Assembly (NCBI GenBank): GCA_951406725.2
Contig: OX597829.1
Span: forward strand, 38,130,001-38,194,000
Origin: Octopus vulgaris
Lineage: Eukaryota
Direction: 5' to 3'
DNA: 64,000 nucleotides
Made by a program: the position numbers and the translations under genes. Positions 12,702 to 26,204 of this stretch are shown here, in pieces (the first letter of the stretch is position 1; each line of letters begins with the position of its first letter). The notes beneath the pieces were generated by a model. It did not search any database. It had not been told where the DNA came from and saw only the letters and a program-made list of their open reading frames with translations.

Positions 12702-13135
12702 GGATTTTTTTCGGTTTGAACGGCAGTTTTTAACATAATTTCTAGGTAACTAAAAAATTTTAAACTTCGTATACCGGTAGAATGTGTTTATAAAACATCT
12801 TTTTCTCTTGGCTTTATTAAGAAAATTCTATTGTTTGTAAGATATTTGTTGTTTTTTTCCTTCAATTTCTGCAATTTAAACCAATCTCACTGACGTGTCT
12901 ATTGAGGTAAAAAAAAACATTCTGTGCCGTATGAATATGTCCCTCGTTTAAGAAACAGATTGGGTTTATTTACATTTGTGAAGAAAAAAAAAAGATACCC
13001 TTCCTCCCACCCCTAACCCTAACCCTAACCCTAAAACAAATTGAAATGCAATAGATCGATTCTAGGGTCATAATTATGGGTGACAATTTCATATGACACC
13101 GCTAGAAAAAACTGCCGTTCAAACCGAAAAGATCC
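12702..13135 (+). mobile_element. MITE family M1, copy 2
   Basis: Same TIRs as copy 1. Perfect 8-bp TSD CAGAATAG at 12694-12701 and 13136-13143. Confidence 0.92.
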
Positions 13136-13221
13136 CAGAATAGGAATGGAATGGTCAGTCTCCACGGGGTATAGCCTGAAAGGATATGTATTGTCATCTT
13201 TAATAAAATTACGATCGCCGT

Positions 13222-14030
13222 TTTGTCTTTTACTTGTTTCAGTCAGTGAATTACGACTATGCTGTGACCCTACTTTTAAGGATTTAGTCGAGGAAATCTG
13301 CCAAGTACTATTTTCAAAATCTGGTACTTGCTCTATCGGTCTCTTTTGCCAAACTGCCACAGTTCGGGATCTTTTCGGTTTGCACGGCAGTTTTTTCTAG
13401 CGGTGTCATATGAAATTGTCACCCATAATTATGACCCTAGAATCGATCTATTGCATTTCAATCTATTTTAGGGTTAGGGTTTAGGGGAGAAAGGTATCTT
13501 TTTTTCTTCACAAATGTAAATAAACCCAATCTGTTTCTTAACCGAGGGACATATTCATACGGCACAGAATGTTTTCACCTCAATAGACGTCAGTGATTGG
13601 TTGAAATTGCAGAAATTGAAGAAAAAACAACAACAAATATCTTACAAAGTATAGAATTTTCTCAATAAAGCCAAGAGAAAAAGATGTTTCATAAACACAT
13701 TCTACCAGTATACAAAGTTTGAAAGTATTTAGTTAAGTGGAAATTATTAAAAAAAACTGCCGGTCAAACCGAAAAGATCCACATTACGGGAGCGTAAACA
13801 AATCGACAACAGTTGTTAAGCGGTGGAGGAGAACAAACACACACACAGATACACATAGTATATGCATATCTATACGACAGGCGTCCTCACAGTTTCCTTC
13901 TCCCAGATTCACTCACAAGGTATTGGTCGGGTTGGGATTATAGTGAAAGGCACTTGTTCAAAGATCCGCGCAGTGGAACTGAACCCTAAACCACGTCGTT
14001 GCAAAGCGAACTCCTTAACCACACGCATTC
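13222..14030 (-). mobile_element. SINE family S2 copy interrupted by MITE M1
   Basis: Tail TTTACTTGTTTCAGTCA...CTATCGGTCTCTTTTGCC matches 63845-63970. The tRNA-like head is at about 13940-14030. The MITE splits the copy. Confidence 0.7.
13367..13780 (-). mobile_element. MITE family M1, copy 3 (opposite orientation)
   Basis: Same TIRs; the interior is the reverse complement of copy 2. Degenerate TSD ACAGTTCG/ACATTACG. Confidence 0.9.
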
Positions 14031-14118
14031 ACATTTTTTTATCCATCTGTTTCGGCCACGCTGGGACACCACCTTAAATATTTTTTTTACTCGAATGAAT
14101 CAACTCCAGTATTCCTTA

Positions 14119-14179
<61 letters not shown>

Positions 14180-14718
14180 ACGAGAGAGCAGTGCTTACCA
14201 TCAATGTGACACAGCGGTAAAATATACGAAGCCCAGTATACTTCTCATGACTATCCATCTGATAAGGGTACACAAGGCACATACATTACAACCATATGTG
14301 CGCGATATGGTGATCTCATACCATGACCTTGCAGGTGGGGTCCAGTTAGAACTTTCTTCAGATCTAGTAGCCGATGCAATAAGTCCTTGAATAAGGGTTG
14401 TTTAAGGATGTTGAACAACACCCATGTTTCCAAAGGTCAATTATCCAAACCTCCCAAAATTCCTCTCAGCACATGGCTATGATGCTTCCCCATTATTATC
14501 AATAATATTAATACACTTAGTTTTGTTTGGTTTCGTACATACTTGTGGTGAGTGTCACACTTACTTCAAAGGAAGAAGTTAGTGGCAAAGCGAGAGAGAG
14601 AGGAGAAGAGAGAAAGAGAGAAAAAGAGAGAGAGAGAATGAGAGAGAAAGACAGAAAGTGAGAGAGTGAGAGAGACAGTGAGTTGCATCCGTTTTGTGTT
14701 TTAAATGTTTCAGAGGAA

Positions 14719-14800
<82 letters not shown>

Positions 14801-14938
14801 GTGGTGATGGCGTTCGTTTTGTGTTTTTAAATGTTTATCTCGCCGCAAGAAAAGTAGATCGAAAGAAAAGTTGATACATAGATAAACACACATTGTTAAA
14901 CTATATGCACAAATTTCTCATTACTTCTGAGATACTTG

Positions 14939-16016
14939 CGTAGCATATCTGATATCCTCACTGTTTGAGAGACACATTAGGAATGATCTAGTTGGAGATT
15001 ACAACCATCTTTGGCTAGTTTGACCCTGTTGTGTCTACTGCCCTGATTGGTTGGCATTTGGCGCAGTTTGTCTTTCGACTTATTTCGGGCCAGCGTGTAA
15101 GCCAACCAATCACGGCCTTTGGATAAGGTCTCGTGACACTGTTTTTCTGATCCTCCATTTGAGCCATCTAAACCCGATAAAAAGGCCAGCATTCACTATT
15201 CCATGTCTTTTGGCTTTAGACCTTCTAAGGTCTAGTCACTGACCACAGGGCAACTCAACCACGTTCCAGCAACACCGGTCTTAGGTTCCAATCCTTTTCA
15301 GAACTAACCTCTGACCATCGAGCCACTCAGCCATGTTCCAGTTCTAGCGACAGACTGGACGTTCTCCATATCCGACGCCTTTCTCTGCCGCCGCCATCAC
15401 CATCGTCGTTCTTCAACTTTACGTCGTCTCCATCTCCGTCGACTTCAGCAATATGTACACATCAACATCGTCCAGGTTTAAACCCACGCTGTTTGTGAAT
15501 ATTTCACCGAGGTGAAACAGTTACAGTCTACCTAAAAGAACTTTCTGTATCAAGAGACGCGGCACGGCATAATAGTCACAACTTCTACATGTGTAGTAAC
15601 CGGTACTGCCTCGTGACCTCAAAATCTTGTTATAGAACTTGCTATCGTGTACCTCATTTAAGAACTGGGAAACAAATTCCATCTTAACTCAATATGCTGA
15701 GACATTCATCTTATGCTCTGTATTTCTGTTGTATACACATTCACCTTCTGTCGCATACACGAACACACAGACACAAACACTTGTCGCATGCACACATACG
15801 CTCTATCTTGCTAGCACTCACACACTCTCTATTTGTATCCATTGTAAATAAAGTCTTCTTCTCTCTCAAACAGTAGAACGGTTGTCGTCCTCATTTATTC
15901 CTTTTGGCACTGTATTCTATATCATGTATTTGGCTTCTTATTTTGTTAGGGGCGACCGTGCGGCGTTCAAAAGGAGACATGTCACTAACTCCTTACGTAC
16001 GGTCGTATTCCCTACA
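14939..16016 (+). mobile_element. Probable solo LTR (about 1.08 kb)
   Basis: Termini (C)GTAG...CTACA, consistent with TGTAG...CTACA with one substitution. 4-bp TSD CTTG at 14935-14938 and 16017-16020. AATAAA near 15847. Confidence 0.6.
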
Positions 16017-16059
16017 CTTGTAGCATTAATCATTCTTGGTTGGGTGGGGATGGGTGGAC

Positions 16060-17350
16060 AGAAAGGCCATTGATATCCACATTCCTCATCTAGTCAAGAA
16101 TCTTTCCTCGATTATTTACCAGATAAGAACAGTTATTCTCACTAAATTCCAATAGTGTGTCCCATGGGAATATTGCAACCAGTTCTGTCTCTCGGTGTCA
16201 TGATTATTTCCTAAATACAGCTCCAGGCAATCAACAGAAATACGTGAGTGACATTATTCTCTGCTGATTCTAACATGTGGTCTTGGTATTTTCTCAATAG
16301 GGCTGATAAGAACTTCACTGCTAGGACACAAAGCAGCACAAATGAGCTGAAGTTCTAGAATATTCATGATAATAACCTGATTTAGTTTCACTATTGTAGT
16401 CGTCTCAGGTCTTAGCGACAGCTGTATGAACCATATTGTTTTCAGTCTTTAATAGCATTGATTATAGTAGTTAGAACTTCCTTTTAGCCCAGCCATATTG
16501 TCAATAGATTTCGGCGATGTTGCTACGTAGACTCAAGAACAGATCATTTGATGAGCAGCTGTATCTCAGATTTATACACTTTTCTCTTTTCGGTTCATCG
16601 ATCATCAAATTATTTGTTACTTGGATAAATATATTGAAGAAAACTGATACACTCCAACGTTTATGCAATGCTATGAGCCTGTCATAAATTCTCCCGTTTC
16701 TTAACAAGTGTTTTCTGCATAACTATCCTGTTAACTAGTATGACACATCAAACGGTCCGTGGTTTCTCTCCTTTTTTTTTGTTTTTGTTTGAAGATGGAA
16801 TTGAAAGATCTTCCTGTGTAATATGAATTTCTCGTACTGATAACTATCAGATTTTTTTCGTGGTTTCCAACTGTCAAGAGAATTGCACTGGTCATGTTAT
16901 AAGTTTTAGAAGAGAAGTTACACAGTGTTCTCTATCTCATTGAACAATGTTACCTCTCGCTTGGGCTGCTTTTTCAACATGAAAATGAGAAGTTAGAATT
17001 TTGATAGTATGGCCTTTAATTCGGTGTGTAGTTTGGAGGTTTAACAGTCCTAATTTCTTGTAGTTTCCTGCACTGACAAAGTGTAGACTTGATACTTGGT
17101 TGTTCGCGTTTAGAGGCCATTAGTTGTCTCACAAAAGAGTCTCCTTCCACTAGTTCCTAGAGATTCTCTGTAGCTTATTATAGAGTTGCAGCTGGTGGCC
17201 TGTGAATTCATGATTTATTTTGCATTTAATAATAGCATACTCGTATAACTGAGATGTTTTCCCGTATCCTGTTGATGTCCTTTTACACAGAGTGATCCAT
17301 TTTAGTCAAGAGCTTTCATTATTTCCATCGATCTTAGTCACTGCCATCTG
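16060..17350 (-). mobile_element. Decayed Ty3/Gypsy-like gag-protease relic
   Basis: Broken motifs appear in the expected order: WKPRK, ETTDR, IYDRLIA (compare gag IRDRLV), a CP.. knuckle remnant, then LYLG...W...LLEF. Many stops. Confidence 0.4.
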
Positions 17351-17539
17351 TTAGCAAATGGTAGTTACAACACAATACAATAAGACATTCAATGTAAAAA
17401 AAAAGGAAGTTTATCAATTTATGCTACATATTTTTAGTGACATAATCGATCATCGATAGCATGAAGTCAGTATGTTTTTAAACGATTTGTGGTTTCCTTT
17501 AGTGACTCTTTGATGTAAATAGTGAAGTTATCTTGAACT

Positions 17540-17964
17540 CTTTTAATGTCCCATCACTGTGTTATTGCTACAAATCTCTCTATATAAAGCTGAAGTTGTC
17601 TGTGTATGGCAGGTTTGGTAGCCTTCAACTAACACTATCTCCTCCGTGACCCTGCGGCGCAAGTTGATCAAAATTGAGAGTATGATAGAAAAAGGCTTGC
17701 TCTTCCTTCCGTAGAAAAATAAATTCAAATCAAACCATGTTAACACCAAAAATTATTTACATCAAAAAGGTGCTTTTTTTTATATGAAAATCCCTATTTT
17801 TTACGATTTTTGACTGCTATGTCGCCATTTTTCGGTGTATTTCAACAAGAAAAATGTTCACTTAAAGAGAATAACAAGCTACATAATGCAAAATTTTTAC
17901 TCTTCAAAAATTCCAATTCTAAAGGGTCGAAACAAACCCAAACAACGCCGGGCGATACTGCTAG
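17540..17964 (+). mobile_element. Helitron-type 3' end shared with H1 on a different body (5' limit uncertain)
   Basis: ACAAACCCAAACAACGCCGGGCGATACTGCTAG|T is nearly identical to the H1 3' terminus. Confidence 0.6.
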
Positions 17965-18539
17965 TTTTTAGGTTAAAAACAGAATTTTCTTTTCAAGGAA
18001 GACATGACTATTTCGTACTGAAATGTAAGCAGTTAATATCCATCCTAGTAGCTCTTCGTATAACCGGTCGAGGGTTTTGCTGTGGCATTTTTACTTTACA
18101 ATTTGTAGAATGGCTTCAATTTTAAAATCTCACTTAAATTTCTCTCGACAGTCTTATGTTTTCCTTTTCTTTTGTAATAACGTATGTTGCACCCAACAAA
18201 ATCCTCATAAACTACTGTCGATCATAAACCAGAAGAGCAAAGCTACTATCAAAGCGTAAAAGGCATCCTATTAAAAGGGCTACTGCATCATTGCCTTTGA
18301 GTGGCTTCTAAACGTCAAAAGCAAAATAGTAAAATAAAATATAAAAAAAAAAATAGACAAATAAGTAAAATAAAAAAACAGCAAAAAAACAAAACAAAAC
18401 AAAACAAAATATTCCATAAGAATTTGGAACAAACATCCGGCGTAAAGTGTCCATTCTATCTGAACTTGCGGCAACGCATTTGGTTCCCTTCACTGACTCC
18501 GTCATACAAATACATAAATGCACATATACATGCGCGCGC

Positions 18540-18645
18540 ATACATACATACATACATACATACATACATACATACATACATACATACATACATACATACA
18601 TACACTAAACCAAGCCTAGAATACTTCGATACCCATACACAAGTA

Positions 18646-18714
<69 letters not shown>

Positions 18715-18731
18715 GTCTGTCTGTCTGTCTT

Positions 18732-18762
<31 letters not shown>

Positions 18763-19325
18763 GCGTACACTACACCAACACTCATACACACCGTTTTTGC
18801 CTTATGACTGCTTCCAGGTACAGATACACTCTGATTTATGCATCTAAACATCTGCTCCTTCCTTCCTTGCTTCCTTGCTTCCTTGCTTTCTTCCTTGCTT
18901 TCTTCCTTCCTTCCTTCCTTGCTTGCTTGCTTCCTTCCTTCCTTGCTTCCTTGCTTCCTTCCTTCCCTGCTTTCTTCCTTGCTTCCTTGCCTCCTTGCTT
19001 CCTTCCTTCCTTGCTTGCTTGCTTGCTTCCTTCCTTCCTTCCTTCCTTCCTTCCTTCCTTACTTCCTTCCTTCCTTGCTTCCTTCCTTGCTTCCTTCCTT
19101 GCTTTCTTCCTTCCTTCCTTCCTTCCTTCCTTCCTTGCTTCCTTCCTTCCTTGCTTCCTTGCTTGCTTGCTTGCTTGCTTGCTTCCTTCCTTGCTTCCTT
19201 CCTTGCTTGCTTCCTTCCTTCCTTCCTTCCTTCCTTCCTTCCTTCCTTCCTTCCTTCCTTCCTTCCTTCCTTCCTTCCTTCCTTCCTTCCTTCCTTCCTT
19301 CTTTCCTTCCTTCCTTCCTTCCTTC
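18540..19325. repeat. (CATA)n, (CTAT)n/(CTGT)n and (CCTT/GCTT)n microsatellites
   Basis: Directly visible. Confidence 0.95.
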
Positions 19326-19696
19326 CTACCTGGGCCTCAGTCTTCTTAATTTTCCGTCCACAGAACATTCTCTTCTAGTTTTTTTAACATTTACTTTCCT
19401 CTTATTTTCCCCTATTTTTGAACACATTAACTGCTTCCCTTTCTCACATTTCTTCTTACATTTCTGCCTTCAAATTCACCTTACTCTAATTAAATTATTC
19501 TAAATCACTTGAGATACTCGTCCTGCCTTGGTTTTGAGCTTTACTTTAATATAATACATACCTGCTATAATGGAACCCTAATATAGATTCCTTGATCCAG
19601 CCTCAGCTGTGATCTTGGAACCAAGCGGTCGACCAATTAAAGCATTTACTCAACGTACCTATTCGTTTAGATCACAAGTGAACTAAACCCCTCACT

Positions 19697-19744
<48 letters not shown>

Positions 19745-19807
19745 CGCACACATATACGTATACGTGTTTAACTCACACACAAATATACGTATATACACGT
19801 GGATATG

Positions 19808-20189
19808 TGGAGGCGCAATGGCCCAGTGGTTAGGGCAGCGTACTCGCGGGTTGTAGGATCACGGTTTCGATTCCCTGACCGGGTGTTGTGAGTGTTTATT
19901 GAGCGAAAACACCCAAAGCTCCACGAGGCTCCGGTAGGGGTTGGTAGCGAACCCTGCTGTACTCTTTCACCACAACTTTCTCTCACTCTTTCTTTGTTTC
20001 TGCTGTACCTGTATTTCAAAGGGCCAGCCTTGTCACACTCTGTGTCACGCAGAATCTCCCCGAGAACTATGTTAAGGGTACACGTGTCTGTGGAGTGCTC
20101 AGCCACTTGCACGTTAATTTCACGAGCAGGCTGTTCCTTTGATCGGATCAACTGGAACCCTCGTCGTCGTAACCGATGGAGTGCCAACA
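19808..20189 (+). mobile_element. tRNA-derived SINE family S3
   Basis: A-box TGGCCCAGTGG and B-box-like GGTTTCGATTCCC. Flanked by the near-direct repeat ACACGTGGATA/ACACGTCGATA. Confidence 0.8.
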
Positions 20190-21219
20190 ACACGTCGATA
20201 CATATATGCATGTTTTCTGCTAGTTTCTGTCATTATATTGTGGTCATGATAGAGAACTACCTTTAATGATTGAAGTTGACATTATCGACAACAATACTGG
20301 ATTCAGTATTTATTTCATCAATTCTTAAGTCTATTGATGGAACATATCTTGTTGGTGCAAATATTACAATAGATTTTTGTTATAAGAACCAATGCACTGG
20401 TTTATTACTCCACGTCTCTCCAGTTTTCTGTCTCCACTCGTACATAAATACACATACAAGCACACATAAACACACACAGAGATATCAAACACTTGCCGTG
20501 ACTAAACACTCACACTACGCAGTAGAGAGTCTTTTGAAATGGAAAATAATTTAAAGAAAAAAAAAATATGCACAGGCGGGCTACAAAAATATGAAGAACA
20601 GAAAATGGAAAACTAATACAAAACGCTATCGAAATCACGAACAAAACAAAACAAAAATCTGTTTTCTGTCTTCATAAAACCACCAAATATAAAGCAGAGC
20701 CTGAGGTAACAGACAGCCGTAAAGTGAATGCGGCGGGAGGAAGAGGGACAAGAACAGAAATTATTGGAAAAAAAAAACACCTTCCAAAAAGAACAAACGA
20801 AAACAACAAAAACTAAATACAAACTGAAATACAGGATTAAAAAATGTCATGTTAAAACATTGGCAAGAAAATTCTTTACATGGCCAATATCTTCCAAAAC
20901 AGAGCAATGAAGAAAACGACTATAGAAAAATTCTTTCAAAAACATACTTTACCAAAGACATAGGATGAAGTGGAATACAAAACGCAGCCGCAGAATATTT
21001 GGGTGTTTTGAAGAAACAGTCAGTTTCAATTTAGCCTAAGGAGAATGTATATTTGTTTAACCACGTGACTTCCATAGAGTTACATCCGTTTCGCAACCAT
21101 CTTCATGTAGTATTAATTTCAGTTTGTAAGAAATTTTGTGAACATGTTTTCTATAGTATGTATGCTTAACATTTATCATAAATGAATGCAAATAAAGTTT
21201 GTTCATTAGATCACCGGAA

Positions 21220-21314
<95 letters not shown>

Positions 21315-21545
21315 GCACACACATATACACACACACGTATGTATGAGCATGTATACACATACACGCACGCGCACACACACGCACGCGCACACACACACAC
21401 ACAAATTTGGTGGCACAAAAATATATTAAATACATACGAGTCTATGTTTCTGTTGTAAATTTATATAGGTGATTCACGGTCCGCGAGGTTCGAATCTGCA
21501 CTAATCAAACTGTGATAGGTGGAATATATATATATATATATATAT

Positions 21546-22305
21546 ATAACTTAGAATAACTTAGAAAGGTTTTGGCCAGTATTGGCCCAGGCCATGTCTA
21601 ACTTAATAGCACCACCTGGCGAAGTCTTTCAATTCAGGATTTGGGCACCGAGGCCCATTCGAGCAGAGAGTTATTGTTTGCGGAGACATATCCGGGTGTA
21701 GGTGGTTTGTCCGGGACTGTTTGAAGGAATTTGTTTGAAGGAATTTGTCCAAAGACTTCTTGAATTTTGTGTGGTCAGTTTCTGGTGTAATGTTGAAGAG
21801 ATCGGGTCCGATTGAGGTGAAATAATTGTGCCGTATTGTCGTTATGTGATGCGATTTAGATTTTTGTTGTGGACGGATGGAACGTGGTCCAAGCCTTGGA
21901 TGTATTTTGAAGGTGATGCCAACATCATTCGGACAGTGCTGATGGAATATTTTCCACATCATACAGATAATGTAGCGTTCACGGCGTCGTTGGAGTGAAT
22001 ACAGTTTCAGCTTCTCTAGTCTACCCCAATAGTCAAGGCCTGACATGCCATTTATCTTTTTTGTGATTGACCTTTGGGAGCTTCAATTCTCATAATATTT
22101 TGTTTTGTGTAGGGAGACCACAGTGGACAGCAGTATTCAAGGTGGGGTCGGGCAAAAGTGAAGAGAAGGATAATAGTGTGGGAATCTCTCGACTGGAAGG
22201 TTCTGAGAATCCAGGAACACATTCTGCGGGCCATGTCAACTTTGCTGCTTATATGTGTAGCCCAGCTTATGTTGTTGTCCACTGTTACTCCCAAGTCTCA
22301 GTCGA
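21546..22305 (-). mobile_element. CR1-like LINE 3' fragment (ORF2 C-terminus and tail)
   Basis: GVTVDNNISWATHI, RPHLEYCCPLWSP and LEKLKLYSLQRRRER. The 3' end is a short tandem repeat, (TTCTAAGTTA)2. Confidence 0.85.
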
Positions 22306-23300
22306 TTGTACAGATCACAAATTATAGGTCTGTGTAGTCGACTACTTTAAACTGTGGACAACCTATGCTATCCTTATCTGCTACTCTACAGAATGCCCTC
22401 TCTAGATACGATCTGGATGACCCGATGCGGTTTGACCAGGTCTACACTGGCACATCAGGGAAATCCAGTCGATACCTGTCAGATATCTGGAATTATCTGA
22501 GCAGGTTTGCAAGAATTTTTTACCCTCCCCGTCTTTGTCGGATAAACCCACACAGTCACACCGTACATCTAAAATGCTATTCCAATTTCCCACTAGCACT
22601 AAAGAGCGAGACGTTCCCAGGAAAGTTTCCAGACTCTTGAAGATATCTGGTCGTCCTGCCCTGTCGGGGCATAGACGGCAACTAATCTGAAAGTATGTAC
22701 TTCGTTGCCGGTCACGTCCAGCACTACCGACTTACCTTCCGGATCCAGGAAGAACATCCGTATTGCAAGATCCAGATTTTTCCGAACCATCACGGCGACT
22801 CGGCCTCTCGCTCCCGGACGACTTAGAGATGTGTACACCTCATAGTCATCGAAAATGGGTTGGAAATGCCGTGAGCCGGAAATTCTGGTTTCACTAATGG
22901 CCACCACATCGACATTCAGTGCCCTGATATCGTTGAGCAGGTGACCCCGCTTCCAAGGCGACCCCAGGCCACGTGTATTCACGCTGCCTATTCTGTGCAT
23001 AACCACGTTGTCAGAAAAAGAAAAGGAAAGAAAACGAAAACTTGGTCTTGTTTGGAGGGACAGTTCGTCCGTTCCTCATACTGGATTGGGGTGTTTCCAC
23101 CAGCAAATCACCAAGTATTCTCTTGGTGATATTCCCTCGAAAATCTCCGATTTCCTTAGGGAACTGGGTTTTTAGGTGTGTGTGTGTGTTTTGTGTTTGA
23201 ACGATTTGTGTGCAGGTAGGGAGATTGCGAGTGTGACAAAATCTGTTTGTGTTATGTTGGGAGACAAAACAGGAAAAGAAACTCATCAGTCGATAGCAAT
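22306..23300 (-). mobile_element. Tx1/L1-clade LINE fragment: APE endonuclease N-terminus and upstream region
   Basis: ORF 22599-23006 reads RIGSVNTRGL...VDVVAISET...LVAVYAP. The next frame reads LVGNWN(S)ILD, matching the GDFN motif. Confidence 0.85.
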
Positions 23301-23414
23301 TAACTTGTTGATCACAATGGTACGAAACTTCAAGGGTTCAAATGCACGTATTATGTGTTTTTCCTTACAAACCCACGGAGTGAGACCAAGCGTAAGCTTG
23401 CCAAGTTGACGGCC

Positions 23415-23593
<179 letters not shown>

Positions 23594-23882
23594 GGTACCT
23601 TCTAAAAATGTTACACGCTAAAATACCTACTGAAAATGTGACATCCCCGAACGTTTAAGGATCAAGATGGAGAACAGATTAAACAACTGGAAAATGAAAA
23701 TAATGCATAAGCAATAGCTCAAATTTATAAAAAAAGGAAAGACAAGACCAGCATTTAACTCTGGGTACTTAGCTAGTTGATACACGTGTCATAGAAGGAT
23801 ATGTCAGTTTCATCCGTTAATGCACTATTGTCTCATTACTGAGATGCTATCATTTGACAGGATGAAGTAACCACATCCTATA

Positions 23883-24383
23883 TCTTTATATATAAAAGTG
23901 AAGTTGTGTGTCTGTCTCCTACGATTTAGATTCCTAACTACTCCCACATTTTGCGGTGCAGTTTAACCAAAACCGGGTATCTTATAGTCGTGATTCATAT
24001 CGAGCCCGTCTGACTACTAGCGCGCGTCAACGATGAGTCTACGATTTTAAAAATAATTTAACATCATTTTTTATTCCATTTTAATGCATAAAATGCATCG
24101 TATGTCGATGGCGGCGGAGTTGGCGTCCACGCTCACAGCTGCACCTGTTTGCTTCTCCCCCTTCCCTCCCTCGTGAAGCTGTGGGGAAGGGAGTGTAAAG
24201 AAATCAACGTCGTAATGCGTTGTGAAGGAAACCAGCGTTCTTTTAGAACAACGACTTCATGGCTTGAAGACACCAAAACAAAATGGCTAAGAAAGCCCGA
24301 ATTTATAAGGGAAGTAACTCTCTAAAAATGCTTATATAGTTATTTCCCTTACAAACCCGAGCAACGCCGGGCGATACTGCTAG
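23883..24383 (+). mobile_element. Non-autonomous Helitron H1 (GC-core subtype)
   Basis: A|TC start, CCCGAGCAACGCCGGG hairpin and CTAG end. Interior matches 32426-32939. Confidence 0.9.
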
Positions 24384-24770
24384 TCTTTATATATAAAAGT
24401 GAAGTTGTGTGTCTGTCTCCTACGATTTAGATTCCTAACTACTCCCACATTTTGCGGTGCAGTGTAACCAAAAGCGGGTATCTTATAGTCGTGATTCATA
24501 TCGAGCCCTTCTGGGTATTAGCGCGCGTCTACGATGAGTCTACGATTTTAAAAATAATTTACCATCATTTTTTCCATTTTAATGCATTTTTTCGCTATTA
24601 TATAAGGGAAGTAACTCTCTAAATATTTCTACGATGAGTCAACGATTTAAAAAAAAATTTACCATAATTTTTTTTCCATTTTTAATGCATTTTTTTTGCT
24701 ATAACTCTCTAAAAATGCTTATATAGTTATTTCCCTTACAAACCCGAGCAACGCCGGGCGATACTGCTAG
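24384..24770 (+). mobile_element. Non-autonomous Helitron H1 (AT-rich subtype), abutting the previous copy
   Basis: TC start immediately after the preceding CTAG; ends CTAG|T. Interior matches 368-778. Confidence 0.9.
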
Positions 24771-24833
<63 letters not shown>

Positions 24834-24931
24834 ATGCGTGTGCGTGATATATATATATAATGTGACCTCGTGTGTACCGTTGGCGATTTTTTTCCTCTGT
24901 CTTTCCTTCTCAGGATCTTTCCTTCTCCTAT

Positions 24932-24966
24932 GTTTCCGACGAAGAGCTCCGCTCGAAACGTTAAAC
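24932..24966 (+). ncRNA. Minimal hammerhead-ribozyme-like motif in a probable Penelope terminal fragment (about 24861-25068)
   Basis: GTTT-CCGACGA-A-GAGC tcc GCTC-GAAA-CGTT-AAAC. Stems I and II pair, helix III is the palindrome AACGTT, and the core carries a U4>C change. Confidence 0.6.
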
Positions 24967-25062
24967 CCTCCGTCTTCCCTTCTTTCCTGAGTGTCCAATA
25001 ATACTATATTTGTTCCACGTCCTCGCGTTGTTGTGTTTTTTTGTGTTTTCTTGTTTGGATTA

Positions 25063-25134
<72 letters not shown>

Positions 25135-25136
<2 letters not shown>

Positions 25137-25429
25137 GGGTTGACCATAAGTCCCCTGACAGTTAATCAAAACCCATTTAATTCCAAGATTAAAGCAAAAA
25201 ATTATTTTACATGAGATTTCACTAATAAATAGAGAAATGTTGGGGGGCGGGAAGGTGATTTAAACTCACAGCATTCAATTATTAAACATTCATAATAGGA
25301 TGGAATAAATAAAATTGAATATTCATGATGATGATGATGATGATGATGATCATCATCATCATCACTATTTTACACGAATATTATTTTGGGAATTTTGATT
25401 TACTGTCGAGTCACTTTTGGCCAACCCTG
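25135..25429. mobile_element. Tc1/mariner-type MITE
   Basis: Imperfect TIRs CAGGGTTGACCATAAGTCCCCTGACAGT and ACTGTCGAGTCACTTTTGGCCAACCCTG. Confidence 0.65.
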
Positions 25430-25562
25430 AATATATATATCTATGTATTATGTGTGTATACATATGTATATACACACACATATATACATACCTATAAGTA
25501 TATATAGGTATGTATGTATGTATGTATGTATGTATGTATGTATGTATGTATGTATGTATGTA

Positions 25563-25642
<80 letters not shown>

Positions 25643-26204
25643 GAGAGAGAGAGAGAGAAAATAAATAATAATTTGGACAGATACGTATAATTCGATTAGC
25701 GTGTGTGTGTGTATTCCTGTCTGTCTTCGTGTGTGCGAGTATCTGGGTCTATGAACGTATCTATACGAATCTTTATATATGCTCTTACTCATTATTTAAA
25801 CACACTAATCTAATTATACGTATTTGTCCAAATTATTTATTAATATGAAACTATCATCCGTATTACGGGCGACAGTGTTGAGAAGAGGGGAAGATGGTAT
25901 TAGACGTCTCGCTGAAAGATATACTTGTACCAGGCAGAAAGGAGTATGTGTGATCACTTCTTTAGAAGACCAGCCAATTCATTCGCAGAATGCGATGTAT
26001 AGCCTGCTTCTTCTTCAAAAAAGATAATCAACAGAATGAATAGGTACCACATAAAACACTTTAATATGAATATTAGATTTATAAGCCTCAAAATTCACTC
26101 CATAACCCCAAGATTCCGAGTTTGATTCCAGCCAGGGATGGAACAGTGTTGATCTTAATTATGATTTGTTCAGACGATGATGACGACGGCGGCGGCGGTG
26201 ACGA

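Noticed and set aside
19808-19885. tRNA-like sequence
   Set aside because: It is a SINE head with A/B boxes but no convincing acceptor stem, and it continues into a SINE body.
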